Source: Polyangiaceae bacterium
GTDB taxonomy: Bacteria; Myxococcota_A; Polyangia; Polyangiales; Polyangiaceae
Direction of reading: 5' to 3'
DNA: 64,000 bases
NCBI GenBank assembly: GCA_044376115.1
Contig: JBILLK010000006.1
Coordinates: 369,302 to 433,301 of the forward strand
A program made the position numbers and the translations under genes. Shown piece after piece: positions 48,100 through 57,325 of the stretch (position 1 is its first letter; each line of letters starts with the position of its first letter). The notes beneath the pieces are model-generated. The model saw nothing but the letters and a program-made list of their open reading frames with translations, made no database searches and was not told the origin of the DNA.

Positions 48100-48164
48100 A
48101 CCGGGGCGGTAGGGAAGGCTTGAGCGGTTGTCAAGGTTGCCTCTCTCTGGTAGGCCCGATACCC

Positions 48165-48629
48165 GTGCATCGCGATCGTTGGCTCGAAGAAGGTGGCCGC
48201 GCTCTCCGAAAGCTGGGGTTCACCAAGAAGCGGAACACGTGGCGCCGCGAAGACGAGCGCGGCATCACGGTCGTGGACCTCCAGGACTCGCGCTACGGCC
48301 CGGACTTCTACCTCGAGATCGGTATCCACCGTGGAAGCGTCGCCGCGCCCAAGATCACGGACTGCCTCGGCCGCGAGCGAGTCGAGCACAAGAACCGTGA
48401 CGTGCCAGAGGTCGTTGACGAGATGATGCGCTGGTTCGAACGCACACACACCGCGATCGAACAAGCCAACGCGGCTCGCACGCCCCCGCCCGCGCCACGC
48501 GAACGTGTGCGCCACGCGAAGTTCGGGGCGGGCTCGGTCGCCGAGGATCGAGGCACGTCGGTCCGGGTGGAGTTCGACGACGGCACGACCCGCCTCCTTG
48601 GCCGATCGTTCCTCGAGACTCTTACCTAG
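48165..48629 (+). CDS. DUF4304-like domain fused to a PcrA/UvrD Tudor-like C-terminal motif
   Basis: LRKLGFTKKRNTWRR..VVDLQDSRYG..FYLEIGI; RVRHAKFGAGSV...VRVEFDDG. Confidence 0.6.
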   Translation: MHRDRWLEEGGRALRKLGFTKKRNTWRREDERGITVVDLQDSRYGPDFYLEIGIHRGSVAAPKITDCLGRERVEHKNRDVPEVVDEMMRWFERTHTAIEQANAARTPPPAPRERVRHAKFGAGSVAEDRGTSVRVEFDDGTTRLLGRSFLETLT

Positions 48630-48643
48630 TTCGAGCACCGAGC

Positions 48644-48701
48644 AGAGCGGTAAACAGGGTGCTGTGCATGCCGCTCCGCACGGCAGCGGACGGTAGCACG
48701 T
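48644..48701 (-). pseudogene. Truncated duplicate of the 5' end and upstream region of the lipoprotein gene at 50446-51591
   Basis: Near-identical to 51554-51612 (AGAGCGGTAAACAGGGTGCT...GGCAGCGGACGGTAGCACGT); translates as VRSGMHSTLFTALLGAR versus MRSGLRSTLFTALLAC. Confidence 0.7.
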
Positions 48702-48902
48702 CGGCGCCGCGTGAAAGGGCAGGCGTGAAAGGGTGAGGGCTCTGCTCGGGCGTTTGATCGTACCGGCGTGCTCGCTGGGTCAAGGCCGAGCGGCGCTGCG
48801 CGCCGTGCCGCTTCGCGGCAGCCTTGAGACCAGCTGCGCGCGCCGGTGGCGGGGTGGGGCCCTCGCAGCGCATTGGGCGCAGGCACGGGGCGGGAGGTCA
48901 TC

Positions 48903-49238
48903 ATGTTGGAGGTTTATCGGCGGTATCTCGGGGTGCTGACGCGGCTGCGGCCTGTGCTGGCGGCGGTGGAGCGGCGAGATGCGGATTTGGGGCGTCAATT
49001 CCGGCGGGCGGCTTGCAGTGTGGCGCTGAATCTTAGTGAGGGCAGCGGCTCGGAGGGCGGTACGCGCAGGCAGCGTTATCTGACGGCGCTGGGGTCAGCG
49101 CGGGAGACGGTGGCGTGCGTGGAGGTCGCGGTGGCGCTGGGGTACTTGGAAGAGCCAGCGGCGCTGTTGCGGGAACTCGGTGGCGTGGTGGGCACGCTGG
49201 TGGTGCTCGCGGTAGGGAAGGGGCAGCGGCGGCGGTGA
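48903..49238 (+). CDS. Four-helix-bundle protein (23S rRNA IVP / bAvd-like family)
   Basis: GGAGG RBS; LEVY...[20 protein letters not shown]......[12 protein letters not shown]...ALGY. Confidence 0.88.
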   Translation: MLEVYRRYLGVLTRLRPVLAAVERRDADLGRQFRRAACSVALNLSEGSGSEGGTRRQRYLTALGSARETVACVEVAVALGYLEEPAALLRELGGVVGTLVVLAVGKGQRRR

Positions 49239-49280
49239 GAGAGAGAGGCCGGCTCGTCGGTTGAGGCCGGCGGGCCGGCT

Positions 49281-49400
<120 letters not shown>

Positions 49401-49474
49401 AGCACGCCTAGCGTGAAGGGTACCGCTACGGCCGATTGCTGCGAGCGTGTTGAAGGAAGGCGCGGCTCTCCGCG

Positions 49475-50395
49475 TCACCGAGCGCATCGGAACCCAACCT
49501 GCGCCGGCTCGCGGCTGCCTTCGGTGAGCCTGCCTCCGGGCTCGCGGAAACGGGCGCGATAGGTCTCATGGAAGTCGCCCAACCAGGCCGTTCCTCGCAG
49601 CACGCGCGAGCGGCAGAGCGGACTCTCGCCATCGCAGAAGACGCTGGTGGTCCACTCGCTCACGTTGCCCATGATGTCGGCAAGCCCCAGCTTGCTCTCG
49701 CGGTTTGATCGCGAACCGGCGCTGCACGTCCCGCGCGCGCCACGTTGCACTGTGGTTCTGTCGCTGTACTCGGCCGTCAAGCAAACGCCGCTCTCGCTGC
49801 GGAGATGGAGCGGAGTGGACGCCCCGTCGAGCATTGCTGCGGCTTCCCATTCAAGCTCTGACGGCAGCCGCTTGCCCTCCCAGCGACAGAAAGCCTCGGC
49901 TTGCGCGAAGGGGACGCAGTTCGCAGGGTGGTCCGCGCGATCGTCTCGCGTGCCATTGCAATCCGGGCCGTTCCCAAGCGCCGCTTCGTCACAAGCTCCT
50001 TGGGCCACGCAACGCCGGAAAGCGTCGACGGTAACCTCGGCGGCGTCGAGCTCGAAGCCTGCGAGCGCATGCTGTCTATATTGCAGGCCCTGGAGCTGAC
50101 TCTCCGGGCTGATGAGACCGAGCCAGTAGCGCCCGCTCGGGACGAATACCATGCGGCGCTCCGACGGCTCGGCAACGGATGCAGCCGAGGCAGACATGAC
50201 GAAGCCCGTCGGCTCAGTAGCTCGCGCGGAAACGGCGGCGCTGGTTGCGCTCGCGGCGCCGGATGCGGCGGCGCGGGGAGCCTCGTCACTGCACGCGGCC
50301 AGCGCGATGCCGAGCCCAGCAAGCCTTCGTCCAGCAACGGCGCAGGCCCATTCTTTCGCCTCCCGACGAGGTGACTCTCCTGGCTGGTGGAACAC
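49475..50395 (-). CDS. Formylglycine-generating-enzyme (FGE-sulfatase/SUMF1) domain lipoprotein
   Basis: EVTVDAF, HPANCV, KRLPSELEWEAAA, GLADIMGNVSEWT, RVLRG, VGFRCAR. Start is uncertain. Confidence 0.85.
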   Translation of the reverse strand: MFHQPGESPRREAKEWACAVAGRRLAGLGIALAACSDEAPRAAASGAASATSAAVSARATEPTGFVMSASAASVAEPSERRMVFVPSGRYWLGLISPESQLQGLQYRQHALAGFELDAAEVTVDAFRRCVAQGACDEAALGNGPDCNGTRDDRADHPANCVPFAQAEAFCRWEGKRLPSELEWEAAAMLDGASTPLHLRSESGVCLTAEYSDRTTVQRGARGTCSAGSRSNRESKLGLADIMGNVSEWTTSVFCDGESPLCRSRVLRGTAWLGDFHETYRARFREPGGRLTEGSREPAQVGFRCAR

Positions 50396-50445
50396 GGCGG
50401 GCGAAGCCAGCGGCTGTTGCCGACCACGACGGCTGGCTGACTCGC

Positions 50446-51591
50446 TCAACGCGGCATCCAGACGTCGAGCTCGCCTGTCAGGTGGTGTGCGAACCAACGC
50501 GTTCCCGAGGCGTTCATCCTGAAGGTCGGCGCGACATCAGGGTTGGTGGATGCCGGCAGGTCGACGCGATGGACTTCGCGCAGCTCCTCATCGAGGAACA
50601 GCACCGCACGCTCGTAGCTGACCCACAACTTGTCTGTCTGCCACGGTCCGATCTCTTGGAGAAGGCCAAAGCCGGGCAACCCTCCACCGAACCGACTCGC
50701 CGTCTTCACGAGCGCACGGCCCTCCCATCGATGGTAGCCCTTGCTCATCTGGCTCACCCACATTCGGGTGCCGTTGAAGAACGCTCCACCGCCAAGTGGG
50801 AGCGGCTGATCGGGTGTCTCTTCGGTCCAGGCGACCTCGTGGGTGTAGGCCCCGTCCGAGGTGGCTAGCCAGGGGCCCACCGCCGCGCGTAAGTCTGCCG
50901 TCTCTTGCGCGTTGACGAGGCGTTTGGGCGGGTCGACCTTCCAAGCTCGCATCCCTCCGCTGCCCGCGAGACGGATGATGCGGTGGTCCGACGTTACGGC
51001 GGTCAGCTCTCCGCGACCGTCGACGGCCAGGTCGACGACCTCCTCGTTGTCGTAACGCCCCGCTTCCCGACGGAGCGACAACGGATAGCGCCGATTGGCT
51101 TGATCATGCGTTCGCAACAGCCACAAAAAGGCTTCCCCTTCCTGATCGTTGCAGCTCACTCCCAGGTACGCCCCGTCGGCCGAGTACGTGAGCGAGCGCT
51201 GGTCGCAGGGTAGCGTGACGCTGACAGTGGGCGCCGGATCAATCTGGAGCGGCATCCGCGTGGGCCAAGGCCACGCGCTGCAAATCGCGACGCGGCACAC
51301 CCAGAGGAGGCCGTCGCTGGCAAACACCGTATGCGCCACCTTCTGCTGGGAAACCGTGAGCATTCGCTGCCAGCTGCCGCCTTCTAGCGCGCGCGCGGTG
51401 GCCGCTAGTCCCGAAGGCCCTTCCAGCGCGACAGGCGCGCTCGGAGCGGCCGTCACCACTGCAGCTGCGGCGCTCGCCGTCGTCGCGCTGCTCGGGGTCG
51501 CAGGCGGCCGTGCGAGGTTGGGCTCGACGCGCGCGTCGCGAGAGCACGCGAGGAGAGCGGTAAACAGGGTGCTACGCAGGCCGCTGCGCAT
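50446..51591 (-). CDS. Hypothetical lipoprotein (possible beta-propeller)
   Basis: Start MRSGLRSTLFTALLAC with a lipobox. The ORF-track extension through the PA repeat is intergenic repeat DNA. Confidence 0.7.
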   Translation of the reverse strand: MRSGLRSTLFTALLACSRDARVEPNLARPPATPSSATTASAAAAVVTAAPSAPVALEGPSGLAATARALEGGSWQRMLTVSQQKVAHTVFASDGLLWVCRVAICSAWPWPTRMPLQIDPAPTVSVTLPCDQRSLTYSADGAYLGVSCNDQEGEAFLWLLRTHDQANRRYPLSLRREAGRYDNEEVVDLAVDGRGELTAVTSDHRIIRLAGSGGMRAWKVDPPKRLVNAQETADLRAAVGPWLATSDGAYTHEVAWTEETPDQPLPLGGGAFFNGTRMWVSQMSKGYHRWEGRALVKTASRFGGGLPGFGLLQEIGPWQTDKLWVSYERAVLFLDEELREVHRVDLPASTNPDVAPTFRMNASGTRWFAHHLTGELDVWMPR

Positions 51592-51610
51592 GGGCAGCGG
51601 ACGGTAGCAC

Positions 51611-51841
51611 GTGGGAGCGGGCGCAGGCGCGGGCGCGGGAGCAGGCGCAGGCGCGGGAGCAGGCGCAGGCGCGGGAGCAGGCGCAGGCGTGGGAGCGGGC
51701 GCAGGCGTGAGGGCGGGCGCAGGCGTGGGGGCGGGCGCAGGCGTGGGAGCGGGCGCAGGCGTAAGGGCGGGCGCAGGCGTGGGAGCGGGCGCAGGCGTGG
51801 GAGCGGGAGCGGGAGCGGGAGCGGGAGCGGGAGCGGGCGCG
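51611..51841 (+). repeat. G-rich hexamer array (left arm)
   Basis: About 38 GCGGGC/GCAGGC/GCGGGA/GTGGGA units. Confidence 0.9.
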
Positions 51842-52077
51842 GCTGCGACATTGGGGCGGGCGATAAACCATCGCCGGTCGAAATGTCGCTTCGAACGTCG
51901 TCGAGCGCCGGGCAGCGATGGGTGCGCGTCGACGAGGGCTGCGGCTCCTATGCGATTCCCTCGAAGAATCGAGGCAACTTCGTAGCCCCGCCCTCCACAC
52001 CGAACGGAGGCTGCGACATTGGGGCGTGCGATAAACCATCGCCGGGCGAAATGTCGCTTCGAGCGTTGTCGAGCGCC
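51841..52077. repeat. Two 69-bp direct repeats (51841-51909, 52009-52077), each a hairpin
   Basis: GGCTGCGACATTGGGGCG.GCGATAAACCATCGCCGG.CGAAATGTCGCTTCGA.CGT.GTCGAGCGCC; outer stem GCGACAT/ATGTCGC, inner stem GCGAT/ATCGC. Confidence 0.85.
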
Positions 52078-52163
52078 ACCGGCTGGGCGCGCCCGTGGAC
52101 AGGACGGCTCGGCCCGATTCAAGGTTGCGCGAGCCGCCCGATTCGCGGAGGCTCGTCATCACG

Positions 52164-52442
52164 ATGCACGCTCGAGAGGAGTCCGCGAAGCCAAGCGAGG
52201 GCCAAGCGCGCAGCAACGTCTGGTTGATCGCAGGCCTCGTGATGTCGGTCGTCATCACGGCGCTCACCTGGACGGCCCTCCGGCCCTATCTGGTGATCAC
52301 CGACGGCATGCCCAAAGCCACCGATCCGTTGACGCCGCTCGGCGTGGCGATCGTCAATGCCATCCTGCTCAGCCTCGGCTGGCTCACCCTCGGCCTCGGC
52401 TGGCTGGCCGTCCAACTGGTACGTTTGGCCCGCCGCGCGTAA
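52164..52442 (+). CDS. Small two-TM membrane protein
   Basis: GGAGG upstream; two hydrophobic helices. Confidence 0.65.
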   Translation: MHAREESAKPSEGQARSNVWLIAGLVMSVVITALTWTALRPYLVITDGMPKATDPLTPLGVAIVNAILLSLGWLTLGLGWLAVQLVRLARRA

Positions 52443-52444
52443 TC

Positions 52445-52568
52445 GCCCCCACGCCCGCTCTCACGCCCGCCCTCACGCCCGCCCCCGCGCCCGCCCCCAC
52501 GCCCGCGCCCGCGCCCGCCCCCGCGCCCGCCCCCGCGCCCGCCCCCGCGCTCACGCCCGCCCGCCCCC
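52445..52568 (-). repeat. C-rich hexamer array (right arm; inverted relative to 51611-51841)
   Basis: GCCCGC/GCCCCC/CTCACGCCC units; GCCCGCCCTCACGCC is the reverse complement of GGCGTGAGGGCGGGC in the left arm. Confidence 0.88.
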
Positions 52569-52622
52569 TTCGTCCGCCCCCGTGTTAACGGTCTTGGCGG
52601 CTCGTGCGACCTCCGCTCGACC

Positions 52623-53177
52623 GTGCAATCCCTCGTCTTGGCCGCGCCCGTTGTGAACCCCACCCGTGCAGAAGTTGGTCGCCTCGTCGCGCAGGCGCGA
52701 ACGGGGGATCGCGCGGCTTATGCGGAGCTTTACGGGCGTATGCAGGGCGCCGTGCATGCGGTGATCTTGGCGCGGGTTCCACGCTCGGATGTTGGCGACG
52801 TGATGCAGGACACCTTCGTGGCCGCGTGGGTCCAGTTGGGCGAACTGCGCGAGGATGCGGCCTTTCCAGGCTGGGTGCTCGAGATCGCGCGCAGGCGGTC
52901 GGTCGATCATGGTCGCCGGGGGCGCGTTCGCGCGCATGAGCCGTTGTCTGCCGAGGGGGCTGCGACCGAGGACGCGCCGACGCTCGAGGCCAAACGCGCG
53001 CTCGAGGCGATCGAAGCGCTGCCCATGGCCTATCGCGAGACGTTGCTGATGCGGCTGGTCGAGGGCATGACCGGCCCGGAGATCGCCGAGGCCACCGGCC
53101 TTACGCCCGAGTCGGTACGGGTGAATTTATGTCGAGGCATGAAGCTCCTCAAAGAGCGCCTCGGAGGTGAGTCATGA
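52623..53177 (+). CDS. ECF RNA polymerase sigma-70 factor
   Basis: GDRAAYAELY, DVMQDTF..AW, FPGWVLEIARR, LPMAYRETLLMRLVEGMTGPEIAE. Confidence 0.92.
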   Translation: MQSLVLAAPVVNPTRAEVGRLVAQARTGDRAAYAELYGRMQGAVHAVILARVPRSDVGDVMQDTFVAAWVQLGELREDAAFPGWVLEIARRRSVDHGRRGRVRAHEPLSAEGAATEDAPTLEAKRALEAIEALPMAYRETLLMRLVEGMTGPEIAEATGLTPESVRVNLCRGMKLLKERLGGES

Positions 53178-54361
53178 CAACTCGGCCCGACGACCAACAA
53201 GAAGACGACGAATACCTTTGGAGCGGCCAAGGTCCTGCGGATCCCGAGATCGCCAAGCTCGAGGGCGCGCTCGGTTCGCTGAAGTCGAAGCGCTCGTTCG
53301 ATCCGGGGGCGCTGCCGGAGCTGCACGTGGTTGCGCCTGACAACGTCGTTCGCCCTGCGCGCTTTCGTCGCGCGGCCTGGTTGCTCCCGGTCGCGGCAGC
53401 CGCTGCGGCCGCAGTGTGGTTGCTCGCGCGGACGCCGCCCCAAGAGGTCGTGAGCCTCGACGGTTCGGCCTCTGGCGCGCCCAGCAGCGAGCCTTCACCG
53501 CGCACGACGAGCACGGCAGCGGGCTCTGTCGCGTCTTCCACGCTGCCTGCGCCGAGCTGCAACAAAGACAGCGATGGGCCGGGGCTCGCCTTCGAGCTGA
53601 TCGCGGGCGAGCCGGCGCGCTGCGGTGAAGGCGCTGCGCCCAAGCTTGGAAAGCTGCCCACCGGCGTGTGGCTGACGACGCCGAAAGGCACGCGGGTGCG
53701 CATGGTCGTTGCGACGCTCGGTCAGGTCGACATCGAGCCGGAGTCTCGCGTTCGCGTGCTGGCGACGTCGGACAAGGAGCACCGCCTCGAGCTTGCGCGC
53801 GGCGCGATCCACGCTGTGATCGACGCACCGCCGCGGCTCTTCTTCGTGCAGACCCGCTCGGCGATCGCGATCGATCTCGGCTGTGAATACACGCTCGCCG
53901 TGGACGATCTCGGGAACGGGCTGCTCTCGGTGAAGACTGGCTTCGTCGAGCTGGCCGTACCATCGCCATCGGGCCAGCCATCGTTGTCATCGCTCGTACC
54001 CAAAGGCGCGTCCGCCGCGTTGCTCGACGGTCGCGGGCCGGGCCTGCCGGTCTGGGATCGCGAGCCCGAGTCGGTGAAGTCCGCGGCGGGCCGCGTGAAT
54101 GCGAATCCGGCCGATGCGCAAGCGCTCGACGTGCTGCTCGAAGGCTTGGGCTCGCGCGATACCTTGACGCTGGTTCATCTGCTGCCGCGGGTCACGCGGG
54201 ATGGGCGGGAGAAGGTGATGGCGCGGCTCACGGCGATCGAGTCTCTGCCCGCCGAGTTGCGTGCACGCGCGGTCGATGGCGATGCCGACGCGTTGGGCCG
54301 CGTGCGCGCACAGTTCGAACCGCGTTGGTTTCCGAAGCCTGCCAATCGCGTTCCCCGTTAA
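53174..54361 (+). CDS. FecR-domain anti-sigma factor
   Basis: ATGA overlap with the sigma factor; DEYLW N-terminus, single TM, LELARGAIHA..FFVQT...DLGC.Y. Confidence 0.8.
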   Translation: MTTRPDDQQEDDEYLWSGQGPADPEIAKLEGALGSLKSKRSFDPGALPELHVVAPDNVVRPARFRRAAWLLPVAAAAAAAVWLLARTPPQEVVSLDGSASGAPSSEPSPRTTSTAAGSVASSTLPAPSCNKDSDGPGLAFELIAGEPARCGEGAAPKLGKLPTGVWLTTPKGTRVRMVVATLGQVDIEPESRVRVLATSDKEHRLELARGAIHAVIDAPPRLFFVQTRSAIAIDLGCEYTLAVDDLGNGLLSVKTGFVELAVPSPSGQPSLSSLVPKGASAALLDGRGPGLPVWDREPESVKSAAGRVNANPADAQALDVLLEGLGSRDTLTLVHLLPRVTRDGREKVMARLTAIESLPAELRARAVDGDADALGRVRAQFEPRWFPKPANRVPR

Positions 54362-54406
54362 CGCTCTCTCGACTCGCGCGACCTCTCAATAACCAAGGAG
54401 GTTCGT

Positions 54407-54751
54407 ATGAAGAGAGGTTCTCTGTTTTCGCTCGCGTTGTCCCAGGTTGCTCTCGTCGCCTGCCAAGCTCCACAGAGCGTGGCGCGTGATGCGAGCGCGA
54501 CGGCGATCACGGCAGAGGTCGTGACTGTGCCGACGCCGCAGGCTCGCACGGCCGAGCCCGCGATCCCGCTGCAGCCGCCGACTTCCCACGTGCTCGCGGC
54601 CCCCGCGTCGGCCGAGATCGTTACCTCGTCCAATCCACCCGCGCTCGCGCAAACCCCGGCCAACGCCACAACGCCTGCGCGCCCGCGCATGACGCCCGAC
54701 GGCAGGCCCGCAGCGGGCAACGTCGTCGGTCGGGCCTCGAGGCAAGACTGA
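54407..54751 (+). CDS. Small Ala/Pro/Thr-rich lipoprotein
   Basis: Strong AAGGAGG RBS; lipobox LVAC; C-terminal MTPDGRPAAGNVVGR. Confidence 0.65.
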   Translation: MKRGSLFSLALSQVALVACQAPQSVARDASATAITAEVVTVPTPQARTAEPAIPLQPPTSHVLAAPASAEIVTSSNPPALAQTPANATTPARPRMTPDGRPAAGNVVGRASRQD

Positions 54752-54752
54752 G

Positions 54753-55577
54753 ATGCAATTCGAACTCGCAGTCTGGGGCGGCGCGTCGGGACGTCGATTA
54801 AGGCGTCGTCGAAGCGGCTTCGATCGTTTGCCGTGGGGGACGCTGAGCCTTCGCGACGCGAACCCTGCGGCGCTCGCGGAAGCTCGCCAGGTGTGGACGA
54901 ACGGCGCCTTCACCGAGTTCGCTAGCGGTGCCGCCTTCGCGACCTTGGCGTCGCTCTTGTGTGAGGCCGGCGCGCCGATCGATCTCGTGGCGATGGCCGC
55001 CGACTTCGCGGTCGATGAGATGGACCACGCCGAGCTCGCGGGGCGATTGCTCGCTGAGCTCGGTGGTTCCACGCCCTACGAGGTGGACTTCGCCAAGGTA
55101 ACGCCGCTGGCGACCGACGGTGCAGAGCGTGCGTTGCGTGCCGTCGAGATCGCGCTCAAGACGTCCGCGATCGGAGAAGCGCTCAGCGTGCCTGTGCTGT
55201 CGCGCTCGATGGCCGCGGCCGATCACCCGCTGGTCAAAGCCGTGCTTGGCCGCATCTCACGCGATGAAGCGCATCACCCGAAGCTCGGTGGTCTCGTGCT
55301 CGAATGGGCCGAGCCGGTCGTAAAGAGGCACCATGCGCATCTTCGCGATCTCGCGCTCGAAACGCTCCAAGCCTATGCCCCGCTGTGGCAGCGCACGCCG
55401 TGCGGCGCCTGCCAACTCGCGCCGACCTACGGTGGCTTCGCGCAGCAGGAGTACCGCGAGCTGTTGCGCGCGAGCGTCGTGCGCCGAGTGGTACAGCCGC
55501 TGCTGCGCCGTGGTATCGATCTGCGCGGGGAGCGTCTTTCGGCGCTCTTGAAGGACGATGAAACTCAACCGTCGTGA
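54753..55577 (+). CDS. Ferritin-like (diiron carboxylate) domain protein
   Basis: W...TEFAS, DEMDHA, GEALS, RDEAHH (E...ExxH...E...ExxH). Confidence 0.8.
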   Translation: MQFELAVWGGASGRRLRRRRSGFDRLPWGTLSLRDANPAALAEARQVWTNGAFTEFASGAAFATLASLLCEAGAPIDLVAMAADFAVDEMDHAELAGRLLAELGGSTPYEVDFAKVTPLATDGAERALRAVEIALKTSAIGEALSVPVLSRSMAAADHPLVKAVLGRISRDEAHHPKLGGLVLEWAEPVVKRHHAHLRDLALETLQAYAPLWQRTPCGACQLAPTYGGFAQQEYRELLRASVVRRVVQPLLRRGIDLRGERLSALLKDDETQPS

Positions 55578-56643
55578 TCTGCTCAACGCGACGCTCGGCA
55601 GCCTCGGGCTCGGTTGTTCCGCCGCCCAACCGGAGGTCGACACGACCGAGCCGCAGCCGGGCGAGCCGCGATCGAGCGAGCCCCGATCGAGCGAGCTTCC
55701 GGCGCCGGTCGCGACAGCCCGAACTCGTTCGTCGTTAGCGAGCGCTCTCGGCCTCGTCGGCGTTGCCCACGGCCTCGAGCCCGGCCCGACGCTGCTGCGC
55801 GCAACCGCGCACGCTGGAGGGCTCCCGTCCGTTGCACGCGGGGGCACGGTGCTGATCAAGGTCAACACCAACTCCGGCGATCCCTACCCGTACTCGTCGA
55901 GCCCTCGCACCGTCGCGCAGCTCGCGCGGCACTACCTCGAGTTGGGCGCGCACGTCATCGTCGGCGATCGCTCTTTCTGGGGCGACCGCAATACGCGCGG
56001 CAACTTCGAATCGAACGGCCTCGCTGCAGCTTGCGAGAGCGCCGGCGCCGAGCTGCGCGTCTTCGACGAAAAGGAGCCCTGGCACGAACTCCCAGCGCTA
56101 ACGCAATGGGTCGGCCCGGTGCGCGTGCCGCGTCTTTTGATGGAAGCGGACGTCGTGATCAACCTCGCCTGCGCGAAGACGCATTTTATCTCCGGAGCCA
56201 CGCTCGGGCTGAAGAACGTACTCGGCGTAATCCACGCAGAAGATCGCGCACGGCCCGGCAATCTGCGCTCGCACGACGCCGACAAGCTCCACCACCAGGT
56301 CGCTGAGATCCACAGCGCGCTGCGCCCGATGTTCACCATCATCGACGCCTTCGACGCGCTCGTCGCCGGCGGCCCGACGCCGCAAAGCGGGCGGACTCCC
56401 AAGATCGCGCGCACCGGTATCGTGATCGCCGGAGCGGATGTGATCGCAGTCGATGCCGTCGGCATTGGTCTCTTGCGCCGCGAGGCCGAATCAGAGGAGG
56501 CCGTCATGCGCCACCCCACCTGGCAGAGCCCGATCCTTCGTGCCGCGATCGCGCGTGACCTTGGGATCTCCGGTCCGCAGCAGCTGGTGTGGCAAGCGGA
56601 CCCCGAGCTTGAGGCGCTCGAGGCGCTGGCTCGCGAGAGCTAG
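55558..56643 (+). CDS. DUF362 domain protein with a Tat/lipoprotein signal
   Basis: NRRDLL and GLGC; VLIKVN, INLACAKTH, LGLKN, IIDA..GGP, DVIAVD. Confidence 0.8.
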   Translation: MKLNRRDLLNATLGSLGLGCSAAQPEVDTTEPQPGEPRSSEPRSSELPAPVATARTRSSLASALGLVGVAHGLEPGPTLLRATAHAGGLPSVARGGTVLIKVNTNSGDPYPYSSSPRTVAQLARHYLELGAHVIVGDRSFWGDRNTRGNFESNGLAAACESAGAELRVFDEKEPWHELPALTQWVGPVRVPRLLMEADVVINLACAKTHFISGATLGLKNVLGVIHAEDRARPGNLRSHDADKLHHQVAEIHSALRPMFTIIDAFDALVAGGPTPQSGRTPKIARTGIVIAGADVIAVDAVGIGLLRREAESEEAVMRHPTWQSPILRAAIARDLGISGPQQLVWQADPELEALEALARES

Positions 56644-56668
56644 GAGCTTTGGTTTGGCGCGCGTTGCC

Positions 56669-57325
56669 TTAGCTCGCTCGAATGCGGTGGCTCTCGTAGG
56701 CCCAGATCGCGAGCTCCACGCGATTGCGCACGGCGAGCTTGCCCATCAACGCGGCGAGGTGGGTCTTCACCGTGCTCAGGCTGATGTGCAGCTCGCGGGC
56801 GATTTCTTGGTTGGTGCGTCCGCGGGCGACAGTGAGCAAGACCTCCTCTTCGCGCTCGGTGAGCGGCTCGAGCGGCTGCTTGGCTGGGCCAGGCGCGAGT
56901 TGCGCGAAGCGAGCGATCAGCCGCGCCGTGACCGAAGGCGCGATCAGCGCATCGCCTTGCGCCGCGGCTCGCAGCGCCTGCAGCAAAAGCTCCGGCTCGG
57001 CGTCCTTCAACAAGAAGCCGCGCGCACCGGCTTTCAACGCGCCATACACGTACTCGTCGAGATCGAAGGTGGTGATCACCACCACCGCCATCGGCTGCGC
57101 GACCTCGGGCCCCGCGAGCTTGCGTGTGGCCTCGAGACCGTCCATCACCGGCATACGCAGATCGAAGAGGCAGACATCGGGCCGAAGCTCCTGCGCGAGC
57201 CGCACCGCCTCCCGACCATTTTCGGCTTCGCCAACCACCGTGAGTTCAGCTTCGGCCTCTAAGATCATGCGCAGACCAGCGCGCACAAGCGTTTGGTCAT
57301 CAGCAAGCAGCACCCGCAGGCTCAT
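56669..57325 (-). CDS. NarL/LuxR family response regulator
   Basis: [43 protein letters not shown]. Confidence 0.95.
   Translation of the reverse strand: MSLRVLLADDQTLVRAGLRMILEAEAELTVVGEAENGREAVRLAQELRPDVCLFDLRMPVMDGLEATRKLAGPEVAQPMAVVVITTFDLDEYVYGALKAGARGFLLKDAEPELLLQALRAAAQGDALIAPSVTARLIARFAQLAPGPAKQPLEPLTEREEEVLLTVARGRTNQEIARELHISLSTVKTHLAALMGKLAVRNRVELAIWAYESHRIRAS

Noticed and set aside
51841..52077. Integron attC sites or a mini-CRISPR
   Set aside because: The RYYYAAC/GTTRRRY boxes are absent, there are only two copies, and no integrase or cas gene is present.
51592..52122. N-terminal (PA)n extensions and (GA)n/(RA)n ORFs in the ORF track (also at 49076-49562 and 58459-58982)
   Set aside because: These come from stop-free hexamer repeat DNA. 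The real starts with signal peptides lie downstream (51591, 58458).
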